From the NCBI GenBank assembly GCA_964252035.1, contig OZ176202.1: 64,000 nucleotides of DNA. One strand, given 5' to 3'. The notes below the pieces were generated by a model. That model made no database searches and was not told where the DNA came from. It worked only from the letters and a program-made list of their open reading frames with translations. This DNA comes from Podarcis erhardii. Lineage: Eukaryota. The position numbers were made by a program, and so were the translations under genes. Positions 24,601-36,600 of the stretch are shown here, piece after piece; position 1 is the stretch's first letter, and each line of letters opens with the position of its first letter.

Positions 24601-27600
24601 TCTCAAAGCATAATCCAACAACACACTCCAATAAGCACAAAGAATGTCAGCGCACCTGAAATTTGGATGCGGTGTGATAGTGGGGGTTACACCATCGATC
24701 ACTCCTCTTTCACTCATGGTGAGGACTCCTCCAGGTTCAAGCAGAGCATTCAAGCGGTCCAGCACAGAAGGACTACACACAAGTAAAGGAACAATTAAGC
24801 ACTAAAGGTGGCTCACTGATTTAATAACAACTGCAAGCATTCATTTGGCTTCATAATGGAAGGAGTATTCCTCCCCCCTCCCCCCGCCCTGCTCAATCTG
24901 ATCAGTTTTATAGCATCAGATATACGGAAGTAATGCAGAAATGTCATGGGATGGTGTCTAGTTCTGTCCCCTCTGCTCAACAAAGACTCTTTGCCCCAGT
25001 GGATGCTTCTGTGACTGGAAGGGAGGGGAAAGCAATTTGTGCAATTTTTTGCAAACTTCCCCCTTTCTTCTGCATTGCCTCCTCCTTTTCCAAAGTGTTC
25101 CCTAACCCTCTGGAGCAGGAATTCTTTTTTTTGGGGGGGGGGGTCACAGCAGGCTACAGAGAGAAGGGAGAAATAAGCAAAAATTGCCTTATGACTTCCC
25201 CCTTCTGTTCACGGAAGTGTCTGCTGGAGCAAAGGACCTCCTTGAGTAGATGGGAGATAACTGTATAATCCAGTTTCCTTTGAAACAGTAAATGATGATC
25301 TACTCCTTGAATTTCTCTCTTTGATCTGGTACATGATTTGTAACAGAGATTCAATGACGTTTATCCAATGTGGTTTTCTATATTTATGATAATTTCTTTC
25401 TAACAACACGGTTGCGCTTACCTGCAGAAGTTAACATTGTCCATCAAGAGCCATTCTCCAGACTGTAAAGCCTGAACCAACATCCCATCAACCCATTCAA
25501 ATGTGCCGTGGTTGCTGCTGCTCATATACTGAATAACCTGCAGCTTGAAGTGCCGAAATTCTTCTACAAGTCTTGAAAACTCTAAAATCGGGGGGAGAGA
25601 TACTTAGAATACGATTCAATGAACCAATAAGCCAGTACTCAAGATTCACACAGAGTGCTTTTCACAACTACATTTAGTCTAGTATCCTTCGCCAACTTAG
25701 ACAAACGCTCCCTCTTTCTTTGTTCAGTTGTAATCATAAGATCTTTGCATTAGCTTCGACAAGATGTGATGTCTAAACTAATGCATGTAGATCAACCAGG
25801 TTTTCATTAAAAAGGGAGAATGTCTTTAATATTCACAGAATGATAAACATAATAAACTACTGCTAACTGGTGTGGGGGAGCGGAGCAACCATAACTGTGA
25901 TGGAGGCTGGAAAAATCTTTAAGGAAGCAAATAATTATGCTTTGTGCTTCTGCAGATTATGTAGCTTTAATAAATATGGACCTGGGTGGCTTGCTCACAA
26001 GTGCTCTATGTGCATTCATCACTGTACATGTAAAGTTCCTGCACACTTCGGCTGAATGCCAGTGGGTGCAGGAGAATAGAGAGGTGGTTGCACACATGTC
26101 TAGACCATGTGGCATCACAAATACTCATACTTTTACTCTGGCCACATTTGTACACATTTATCTCAGTTGACAACTACTCCATAAAGACACACCATCTCTC
26201 ACCATGAAAATGTCTTCCTTGTAACATCAGAGCAGTCTTTAAAATGCTTTGTGGTTTTTGCCTTCCCTGGTGGCATGCAGCAACTGGAATTTGCACATGC
26301 TGAGTTGATGACATTTTAAAAGGGAAAAACGCTATCACTTCCTACTGCTTCTGTGCATACCTGGCTTTGAGTAGGAGCTGATCTTGTTGTTCAGCCGCTG
26401 GACCAGTGCAAGGACGCCCTCCAATTTGTTCACCAGTTCAATGGTTATGTTTTGATTCCCTTCCCCAAGGGACTTTGGCTTGAAATTTAGAACGAAACTG
26501 CTCCAGGCACGCAGCACAATTTCAGCATCTTCTGGACAGATAGCAGTGAGGAGAAGGCTGTCCCTTAGAAGTGTGCTTACAACGTTCTCCACCTTCTCCA
26601 GCAAGCTCTTCCAAGGCCTAATGATGTCAACCTATAGGACATTTATTACATTGGTCACTGCTTGAACCACCACTTCCCACTGGGTTCCTTCAGCACGGTT
26701 TTGGAAACCACTTAGAGGTGTTTCTTTCTTGCTTTCATTTTTTTTTTTTAATAAATATTTATTAGAGTTTTTAAATACAAATGCACCAATAATAAACAAT
26801 CTTACTTCTATCACAACGTAGTTTCATCACTTCTTTGGACTCCCTCGCGTCTCCCGCTCCCATTTACATCGTTAAACGGTTTTTCCAAGCAAATTATCAA
26901 CTTGTTTATGATCTTATATCCACTCATTTAAGTATAATCTAGCAATTCTCCATAAAATTTATGTTTTCTTTAATCTCACTTATCATCAAATTCAAAATCT
27001 AATTTAGTGGTGGCCAATTTTTTATAATCTAGCATCCTTCTTAACATTCAACCAAATTACAATGTTTTTGTAAATACATCTTAAATTTCTTCCAGTCTTC
27101 CTCAATCCTCTCTTCTCCCAGGTCTCGGATTCTGCCAGTCATCTCGGCCAGTTGCATATAGTCCATCAGCTGCATCTGCCACTCTTCCAGTGTGGGTAGA
27201 TCTTGAGTTTTCCAGTTTTTTGCGATGAGTATCCTTGCTGCCGTTGTTGCATACATAAAAAATGTTCGGTCCTTCTTTAGCACCTTCTGGCCGACAATAC
27301 CCAAAAGGAAGGCCTCTGGTTTCTTAGTGAAGGTATACTTAAATACCTTTTTCAGCTCATTATATATCATTTCCCAGAAGGCCTTCACCTTAGGGCATGT
27401 CCACCAGAGGTGAAAGAATGTTCCTTCATTTTCTTTACATTTCCAACATTTATTATCAGACGAATGGTATATTTTGGCAAGTTTAACTGGGGTCATGTAC
27501 CATCTATATATCATTTTCATTACATTTTCCTTCAAAGCATTACATGCAGTGAAGTTCAGCCCAGTGGTCCATAACCTTTCCCAGTCCTCGAACATAATGT

Positions 27601-30600
27601 TATGCCCAATGTCCTGTGCCCACTTTATCATTGCCGATTTAACCATTTCGTCTTGTGTGTTTCATTTTAACAGCAAGTTATACATTCTAGATAGTATCTT
27701 AGTCTTTGGTTCTAACAATTCTGTTTCTAACTTCGATTTCTCCACCTGGAACCCTAACTTTTTGTCATTTTTAAAAACTTCTTTAATCTGAGCATAATGT
27801 AACCAGTCTCACACTTTGTCCTTCATTTTCTCCAAACTCTGCAATTTCCAATTGTCTCCATCTTTTTCTAATATTTCCCAATATTTTGGCCATTTGGCCT
27901 CCATATTGGGTCTTTTTCGGGCCTTAGCTTCCAGAGGTGAAAGCCACCTTGGAGTTTTATTTTCCAATAAGTCTTTGTATTTTGTCCAGACATTAAACAC
28001 TGCTTTCCTGACAATATGGTTCTTAAAGGCCTTATTGATCTTAACCTTGTCATACCATAAGTATGCATGCTGTTTCTTTCTTGCTTTCAGTTAAGACATT
28101 AAAACTTTGCCCATTCATATACTCCTCAAATTTAAGTTAAGTGGTATCTTGTATGCACTTGACTTGTCCTTATTCCCAAATTTAAAAAAATGCACACTTA
28201 CTTGCTCAAATCCACCTAACAGCTCGGTTGTATCCATAGAACTGTTCATCGCCATGATCTTCAACTGATGACCTGTCAGATATGCTAGAAGCTGAATGAG
28301 GCTGGTCTTGCCAGCAGCCGCAGGGCCTACCAATATCACCATCCAACTCATATGCACACATTTCATGATGGACTCCAAGGGCTGGAGTGAATGGTGAAGC
28401 AGGGATAAGTTTCTTACAGGAGGAGGAGCATAGTTTGCGCGGGAGAGGATTGAGAAACCAACCTTCAGTAGAATTAAAAACAAAAGAAGCAAGTGCATTA
28501 GTGTGCATGTATAGTGTGGAGCAGAAATTCAAGAAGATGCCCAAGTAGCAGCAACTTTTGTTCTCTCTCACCTGGACGTCATAAGGAGTGATGTGGAACT
28601 GTCTGGAACCCATATAGGGTTCAGCATCCTGACCAAAAATGTCCCTGAATAGACACACTACCTAAAACAAACAAACAAACAAACAAAAAACAGATGAAAG
28701 ATCACATTTATAACAAATGCTGAAATCCTTATATTCTAATTCTGCAGCAACTCTCAAATGAACGATTTCAAAAGAAACCGGGGAAACTCCAAATGGGTTG
28801 TTTGTTGAAGTCTGAAGTCACCTGCTTCAGGATACAGATCTGCCCACCTTGTAATGCTCAGCTGCAACCTGAACTAAGCCTCACCTTGAGAGAAGCTGGA
28901 ATGCAAAACTAGACTGCTTACATGCGGGGCCAGTGAGTTTTCAATTGCCCCTCAAAACCACATTTATTTTTCACGCCATTTTTCTGAGCACTAATCATAA
29001 GCAAAACGAGAACAGCATTCTGCAAATCCACTAAAGGCTGATTGTGGTATCTGAGAGTTGCTGGCACAGGACACAGCAAGAAAGCTGTGGGATCATTTTG
29101 TCTGATCAAGCTCCCTAATCGCAATGAAATTACACTTAGGTAGGTTCCCTTTCCACACACTTGCTGTAAGCCCTCTTACCCAATGTACCAGGAGTTTAAT
29201 CTATCTCTAACACATCCTTAGCACATGAATGGTGATAAAACTACATGAGGTCCCTTCAAATCCTGCACCTGCTTAACTGAAATGCTAATTCAAGGCCTTG
29301 GAGGAAAGTAGATAATCTTAAATAGAAGTCATTCAATGTTTCAAATAATGTGGGAAAAGGTACCCAAAAAAATTCAGTAAAATTTGTGTTTAAGATCCAA
29401 GAATGGTTTAACATATCCATACTTGTAAAACAGAAAAGACTAATAGGATTAAGCATATTTTTCATGTTCCTTACCTTCTCCTTGTCTGTATTTGTTCTCA
29501 TTCTTTCCCCGTATATCAAGAACATGTGTTGGCCTGGATCGTAACTGCCAGGCGACTGGTCAACAAGCATCAGCTGACACCATCGGAAAAGGTCACGCAG
29601 ATTAAACTCCCAAGGTCCACCTTTATGCCCCCACTTCTTCTCAATCATAACTTCTTGATCAATCTGAATAACGTACCAGTTCAAAAGATTAAAAACTCAG
29701 ACATGTTTCAGCTCATGGTAGATTATTAAAACGCCATTGCACAAGAAAGCATTCATCGTGCCAAGCATTCAACTTAATTTACTGCTCTTCTAAGCTACCA
29801 CCACTCTTTACTGTCCATTCAAAATCTTTATGGAATGCTCTTGTTCCAGAATAACTGGGGAAACCTAAACACATACAACATGCAGTTGTCTTACCTTGGA
29901 CACACATGTATGATTCTATGCCTACTTGCTAGGGGGAAAGCCTCAAAGAAACTTTTATGTGAACTCAGACTTAGTAAGCCTCAGCCACACAAACGGAACA
30001 TGCCATAGGAAGAAAAAAAGGGAAGTTCTGTCTGACATATTAGGCAACAAAAAATGAAATACAAACCCAGTCTGCAGTGGCTGTTATCTGTGGAGCCCAG
30101 CTAGTTTACATGCCACTGCAACTCCAGAGTTGAAAATGACTACAAATGAAGTTTGTCTCAATACATGTTCGGATGAAAACTGTGACCAGCTTTTTACATA
30201 GTTGCAGCAGTCATTGGTTTGGACTTGTGGGGACAGTCACCAGAACCCTGAAGTTCCTCTCCTTAAGAACACCATTCACATCATCAAGAGGAGTTTCAGG
30301 AATTATACTTACCATGTTGTTAAATTCAACCATTTTTGCAATAATCTTTTTGTCAATAGCAGGAAACAGGGTATTTCCAATGTACTCCATGTCTGCGGAT
30401 GAGAGAGGGTCCACGAAAACCTACATCATCAATATAATTAAATGGGGTGGGAGGTGAGACTCAAGTATTATTTTTATGTAGACACAGAAAAATGCACAGT
30501 GCGCTTGCAAATGAAATAAAAATGATTCCATTTAGAAAGGAACTGCAAGGAGGACAAGACAAATAGTTTTAAATGACATTATGGACTTGCCTGTGTGAAT

Positions 30601-33600
30601 CTGTTCAGAAAAGATTTGGGCAACCCCTTTCTGCCACCTCCTTGCCTGTAGGGATTCTGGCATCCAAAGATCTTTGTTTTCTTGTGTTGCACATGGAAGC
30701 TCATTCCCAACTCAGGAATGTAAATCTCTGCCCGATGGTCAAAACAAGCATTCAGGCCTTCTAGTACTGACTGAGAAGCCAAGTTCAGCTATTTGAGAGA
30801 AACCAACAGGAAAATTTACACTGCCCCTCTTCTTCACAACACACACTTTTGCCCACAAAACACCTTTAAATCTATAGCAAATAAGCAAAAGTACTGTAGT
30901 TAGCTCAGGAAAAGTTAACTTCAGATTAACACAAATGCCCTGGTTATTTAGCTACTCTTTTGGCTTCAAGCTCCTTTTGCACAACTCAAAAGAGCAACAG
31001 CATAGCCCAGGTACGTCCAACTCCCAAAGACTGTGATCTACTCACACTATAAAAAAACTGGCAATGATCTACCCATTGTTGTTGGATGGACCAGAGTTGT
31101 TGAGCTTTTTAGGAGGCCAAGGCTGTTGAGCTTCTTTGGGGGGAGGGGGAGGAGGAGATCACTGAGGGGCCTGAGATCTACCAGGATCTACCAGTAGATC
31201 ATGATCTACCTGTTGGACACGCCTGGCATAGCCTAAAGGTAAATACAACTGTGAAGTCAATGAGGCTGTCGGAATCCACCCAGATAAATGCCATTGCTCA
31301 GGGGTAGAGTAGATGCCTTGTGTGCAAAAAAAGGTCCCAAGAATCAATGGCTAGCATCTTCAAGTGGCACTGTTTGAAACCCTGAGCTGGATGGACCAAT
31401 ATTATAAAGCCACTTCCTATGGATTCTATGAAGAAAGTGTTGATTTCAAGCTAATTCAGCCCTAAGACGGCACTTAAAAGGTAAGTAGTGGTTTTAATCT
31501 TCTGTAAACTGCAGCACATCCATGACACAGAACTCAAGCTGTTTGTCCACAAAATCGCCTTCTGTAACTGCCACCCCAGAAAAAGCAAGTGTGTGTTCTC
31601 CCACTGGAAAACTGAAGATAAAATCTGAGCAGCCTCTTGAATAAATGGGAGCAGCAGACTGTTCCAGGATACTTTCTCCACGTAAGGACAATGCACTGTT
31701 AACTTTACCATGTTTGGATAAGATCCTTTTAAAGTCCCCAAACATCAAACTGAGACAGCTAGAGACCTCATTTTCCAAAAAAGGAACGAGAATCCTTTTT
31801 CTGTGCTACATTAAGCTGAACTCACCTCATCTAACACAATCCAGTGTCCAGCTTTCAATGCTGCAAGCAAAGGTCCATCACGCCAGGCAAATTCCCCTCC
31901 TTTGCCCCCTTCAACAGGTAAGTCTGTGCCAAACAAATCTGTGACGTCCTGGATCAGAAGGAAGAAAAGTCAAGGTTTCCAAATGCATGTGAAACAATTG
32001 CAATTTAGAAAAAGCTCTCCTAGGCTTGTAGTAATAATCCAGTAGTATTTATACCAAGAGTTATAAATATTTTGTTCTATGCATCTGTTGCATCAGCCAG
32101 TAAGTGCATTCTATGAACAAAAATGAAACCCAAGAGTAATTTTAAAAATAAAGAAAGATAATTCTAAACCATTAAGATTTTAACCAATATTCAAGCAGCA
32201 AACTTTGATCAAGGTTCTTTGCATCTGTATTTTAGGCAGTTTGTTTTGATCATTCACACCAATAGATGGATCACAATTCTAGCAGAATGTGTCCCTTTAC
32301 TAGACAGGAAAAGGAATATAATGCTTCCTCTTAGAATTAATCAACAATACACCCCTTATTAAACTTACCCATTTCTAAGCATCTTCCCCCTCCCCAATCA
32401 ATTAGGAGTATTCTCAAGATTTGTGAAAACTTAACACCTGTTAACTTGCAAGTATAGACTCTCACATTCACAAGTACAGGTATTTCAGTGGAGACCACAG
32501 TAATCCCTACCTACCGTTTGTTCAGAAAGATTGATTCTAACAAGGCAATTTCCAGAAGCCTTTGCCAAGGCTGCTACTAGGCTGGTTTTCCCAACACCTG
32601 GAGAGCCTTCCAGGAGAATGGGCTTGTTAAGTTGCAAGGCCCTTAACAACCGCTGTGCATTCATTGCTGTGGTTCCTGCATTTAGAGCGTAGTCTGAGAC
32701 ATTGTTCTTCTGGTAAACAGGGCCTGCAGCACAGAGAAAGCAAATAAAAAATTAATTAGATTACAGGGTAAGATGATCAACATTTTTTGCTCCAGTGAAA
32801 GTTTTAGCTCATCAGAGAGAATAATGGTACCAGATCAACATTCATCTTGATGCAGAGGGATTTTCCTCCAAAGTTTTGTTTTTTGTATTTTTGCAATCTC
32901 CCCTAATCTCCCCTCTTTTTAATGGGTGGTGCAGGCTTAGCTATATTAAGCAACGGCACTGCTGTCTTAACATCTGAAATACACAGAATTATGATACTTA
33001 ACAGATTGTGGAGTAAAATATTTGAATGCTCCACCATTAAAGCTCTTAAAAACTCCATGCATATGGAAAGCTAGCATGCCAGAGCGAAGTCTAAGCTAAG
33101 TGCCTTCATCTGAGAAAAGAGCATTCAAGCACTCAATTAGAAATGGAAGGGTCTTGCGTTTCAAAGCAAGGAACGGAGAATTAAGGCGGAATGAATACTG
33201 TTTTGAGGATTTAAAAGTTTCTCACAAATTTGATAGAACAAGATTTTTGTGCTGGAGAGAAAGGGAATTTGGAACTTTGTGTGTATCCCCCCCAAAAAAC
33301 CCGGGAGTGTCCTATTTGGGTCCCGGAGGAAGAAGTGAAAGGAGTTTGACAGCTGTCAAAGAAGCTGTCAAACGGGCGGACAAAGTAAAGAATTTTGCTA
33401 TTTAATAACTCTTGGAATTAAAGTTGATACATTTGGACTGAGGCGATTGGAAACAAAGTATTGATAATAACAAAGTAACAGATTATTGGAAAAGGACTAC
33501 TAAATAACTGAAAGCCCCCTAGGGGGAATTAGTGACATTACAATGGCTGCAGAGGGAAAATTACTGGCGGAGATAGAAAAAATGTTTTTTCTCGTGGGAA

Positions 33601-36600
33601 TCCTGCAGGAGCAGAGTATGGCTCTGAGTAAAGTTTTTATGACCTTGAATCCTGAAACAAACAACTCTGCTGAATGCACAAAGGAGATGTACGATAAAAA
33701 TTCTGCAGCTGAGCAGGAAGAGATGCCTTTGGAATTGACAGAGAAAAAAGAAGGAGTTCAGACACTACAAGTGGAAAATATCAACCAGAAATCTGCAGCG
33801 TCAGAGTATGAGCAAGAAGACCTTTGGATTACAGACCTGCGAAAGATGAGAAAGAAGAAGAGAGAAGCCCCTGGAGTACTCGGAATATTAAAACTAGAAA
33901 GAACAAAGCAATATGATTGGGACTTTTCTCTTGAGTATGGAAAACTAGATGGTCTTTCGCAGCAAACACTCTTCAACATTCTGAATGAAAGAAAATATGA
34001 TCTGACTCTGACTGAACTCCTTCGGGGTCTTAGGACCATCAAAGAGGACTACCAATATAGCTGGCAGAGAGGGACTGACAGAGAATCAGACGCCTCGGAC
34101 GTGAGGAATCCGGGCTAGAAATATTTTTTGTTTGTTTTCTGGACATTTGTCTAGGAAGGGACAGAAACCGGGGCAGGGGGGGGAGAGAATAGAATTATAA
34201 AATGTTATGTTTTGTTTTACTTGGACAATGTGACCTATAATTAATATAATAAAGGGAAAATTTGTGAAGGGGAAGTTAGATCGACCTTAAAAAAAAAAGA
34301 AATTAATGATTATAAGAGAATTGGATAGTTGAATACAGATAAACAAAAGATTTTAATTTTCAAAAGCAATGTGAATATCTTTAAGAGGTTAGGTAAGAAC
34401 TTGCTGAATTAACTTTGGAATTGGGATGTAAGAGGAGGGGGTGGGGGGAAGTCAATGAAAGTGGGTAAAGAAACTTAGGGTATGTAATTGTATTTGTGTG
34501 TTTGTTTGTCTTTGTCTTTGTGTGTGTGTCTGTTGTTATAAAATGTAAAAACCCAATAAAAATTATTTAAAAAAAAAAAAAAAATAGAAATGGAAGGGTC
34601 TTGGAAGGACTGTAACATGCATGTTTGTCATCTCTCACGCATTCTGCTCTTAAGTCATCGTAAGCGGCACATCACCATTCAAATTGTACAGCAGCGGCAG
34701 CAATACCACCAAAAGAGTTCCTTGCCTGTTGGTATGAAAAATGGGTGGATTCCTATGTGGTTCTCCATCCAAACCATTTCCCTTTCCCTCTTCAGGTCAT
34801 ATATTTTCAGCTCATTCTTCTGAACCTCAGTGAGTTGCACTACTTGGGAAATTTTCCCACACAAATATTCCAGGCATTTTTCACGAGCCAAAGCAGCTGA
34901 GCCAGCCGAACAGGACATGGTGCCTACATAGGGGGTAGAGGGAAGAAGAGATCATAGTTATATGTCAATGGTGGAAATGAACATATAGTTAACAGTAAGA
35001 TATGGCCAAAATCTGTAGACAGGTTGTAATGCACACTCTGTAGCACAAACACTATACGTCGCTTGCATGCGTCTTGAGACTGTTTACTATTTTTGTTCCA
35101 AAATGACAAACTTGCTTTAAACCCTTGCGTAGTTCTCATCCAGGGGTTGAGGGACCCCCTCCCCAATAAACGATCTGAACTATTCAGAGATAAAGCAAAG
35201 AAACTGAAGACATACCTGAACCTATTCCATCTATGTACACCAGACATGCAGCATGGACAAATGTTGTCACTGGACAGACGCTAAAAAGCTGGTGCTCCTC
35301 TGAAGAACTGGATAGTTTGTCTTGCACCATAGCATTCATGAAGCTGACCCACGACAAAACATCCCGGATGCTGAGGATACAGTGGTGTCCAAATTCTTGA
35401 TTGGTCAGCCACTCTATGAAATCCATCATGAGCCCTGCAATATCTGCCCCTGGGAAAGGTGATTAGATGGAGAGAAGAGAAAAAATACATAAGACACAGA
35501 CCTGAAACAGATTATGTTTTGCAGTAATTCACAATGACCCACAAGGGATGCAGAGGCCTCTGTACATAATTTTTGCAAGATAACTGAATAGAAGTGCTTA
35601 AATGTTTTTACATAAATATTTGCAAAAGTAGAAAGGGTTGAATGCTTAAAAAAAAAAAAAAAAAAACCCGTCCACAAGTAAATCAGCAGATGCAAAATTC
35701 AAAACATGCTTTGATCCTGCAACTTCATTGGTCTCTTTGTCCACAGTGACTGAACTTTGGCCCAGACCATTACTTTAAGCCTAAGAGGACAAACATTCAT
35801 CTTAATGCAGAGAATATAGCCAAGGATAGAAAAAATAAGAGAGTATGTTTCATCAGCACTACTTATTTTTTCATCCTTCATTTAAAACCTTGGATAATAA
35901 AGAACCTAGGTCAGACCTGTATAACATGCACATATATTTGGACTAGAACAATCCTTAGATGTTCAATTTGCAAGAGCTTTTTCCGACAGCAACTTACAGC
36001 TGTGTTCAAATGAGGTCTCTGGTGACAATATGCATAGCAACCTCTGCCTATACCACAGAATCTAGTCACTGAATTCCAAACTTTTTTTTATCCCTTTCAA
36101 CGTACTAAGAGCTCGAACTGTTCTTCCTTAAATCACTGTCCAGGCAATGATAAAATTTAAGCAAAAGGAAACTGATTTCGCACTTAAAATGACCCCAGTA
36201 TTATGCAAATATATTTCAATTCCACAATCTAGGTTTATCAAGTATAGAATTTGGAACATACAGCATCTGAAACATACTCAAAGGTAAGCTATATTCAATT
36301 TGTCATACTGCCAGATAAACATGCATTGGACTAAATCTCAAGTGAAAAATTGCAGTGTCACAAGATCACACATGTTTGCAATTTCTGTTATCTGCTAGTC
36401 GCGTCTGAACAACAGGTAAGTGGTACCTTCAGTCTGTGCCATTTGTAGGAGGAGTCCCATGGGACTTCTCCACAGGAATATTATTCAGCTTAGAGGAAAA
36501 CCTATGGGCAGCGTTTAAGAGAGTGAGACTATTTCAGAACCGCCTGAACTAACTTCTTAGCTTTTAGAATCTGAGAGAAGCTGACTTGCAAGAACAGAAG

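Noticed and set aside
33100-33405. 101-aa ORF at the 5' end of the novel element
   Set aside because: It starts at a GTG in host sequence outside the TSD, so it is a chance junction ORF. The antisense ORF 33758-34042 is likewise a shadow of the main ORF.
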